From Raillietiella orientalis (Eukaryota): a stretch of 64,000 bases of DNA. A model generated the notes under the pieces. That model made no database searches. It saw only the letters and a list, made by a program, of their open reading frames with translations, and had not been told where the DNA came from. Of this stretch, positions 63,701-64,000 are shown piece by piece; positions within the stretch are counted from its first letter, which is position 1; each line of letters opens with the position of its first letter. Both the position numbers and the translations under genes were made by a program. Where the stretch lies: positions 62,001 to 126,000 of the forward strand of contig JAYWIR010000027.1 of the NCBI GenBank assembly GCA_036172245.1. Reading direction: 5' to 3'.

Positions 63701-64000
63701 CAAAGGAATCACCCCTCTCCCGCCTTGTCTCTTTATTACCCTGTTATGTGGCTCCAAGATTCTTTGTGCTCCACGATCTGTGCTGCCTTTGTCTGCCGTA
63801 GCTCCGTGCTATCCGATCTGATCTCGCGGTTATCTTCGATCACTTAGTCTGTTGATGTACCGATGGGAACGAGACGCGAATTCTTTGGCTCCGTGTCCCG
63901 TACGAATTTCTTTGCGTGCTCGTCATCCAGACTTTCTCGGGCAAAAAGGAGCGCGCGCGCGCCTTCGGAGAACTGATACATTGCCAACGTTCTCGCGGAC

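Noticed and set aside
1..64000. CRISPR array, rRNA or prokaryotic operon/defence system
   Set aside because: No regularly spaced short repeats, no rRNA signatures and no dense gene packing; the spliceosomal gene and LINE/SINE content indicate a eukaryotic nuclear locus.

Overview
Eukaryotic (metazoan, probably invertebrate) genomic DNA rather than a prokaryotic or viral locus. I can reconstruct one host gene: a minus-strand, intron-rich choline transporter-like gene (SLC44/CTL1 family, CDS 20023->1668). Its 15 hand-traced GT-AG exons join in phase to give 534 aa plus stop, followed by an AATAAA. It is a divergent family member with a shortened Cys-rich ectodomain, and one expected transmembrane exon cannot be placed in an 8-kb intron. 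Most of the remaining DNA looks like decayed transposable elements: many frameshifted non-LTR retrotransposon remnants (CR1-like, RTE-like and RNase H-bearing I-like), one hAT (Buster/Charlie-like) transposase remnant, and at least six copies of a ~600-bp tRNA-derived SINE with a duplicated T-arm/B-box. Other features are short paired direct duplications (two bracket exon clusters), an inverted ~97-bp pair, a perfect 16-bp hairpin, and strong GC/CpG compositional domains. TE calls rest on by-eye motif resemblance across stops and frameshifts and have approximate boundaries; no database search was run. I found no CRISPR array, rRNA or intact tRNA, and no clearly novel multi-gene system.
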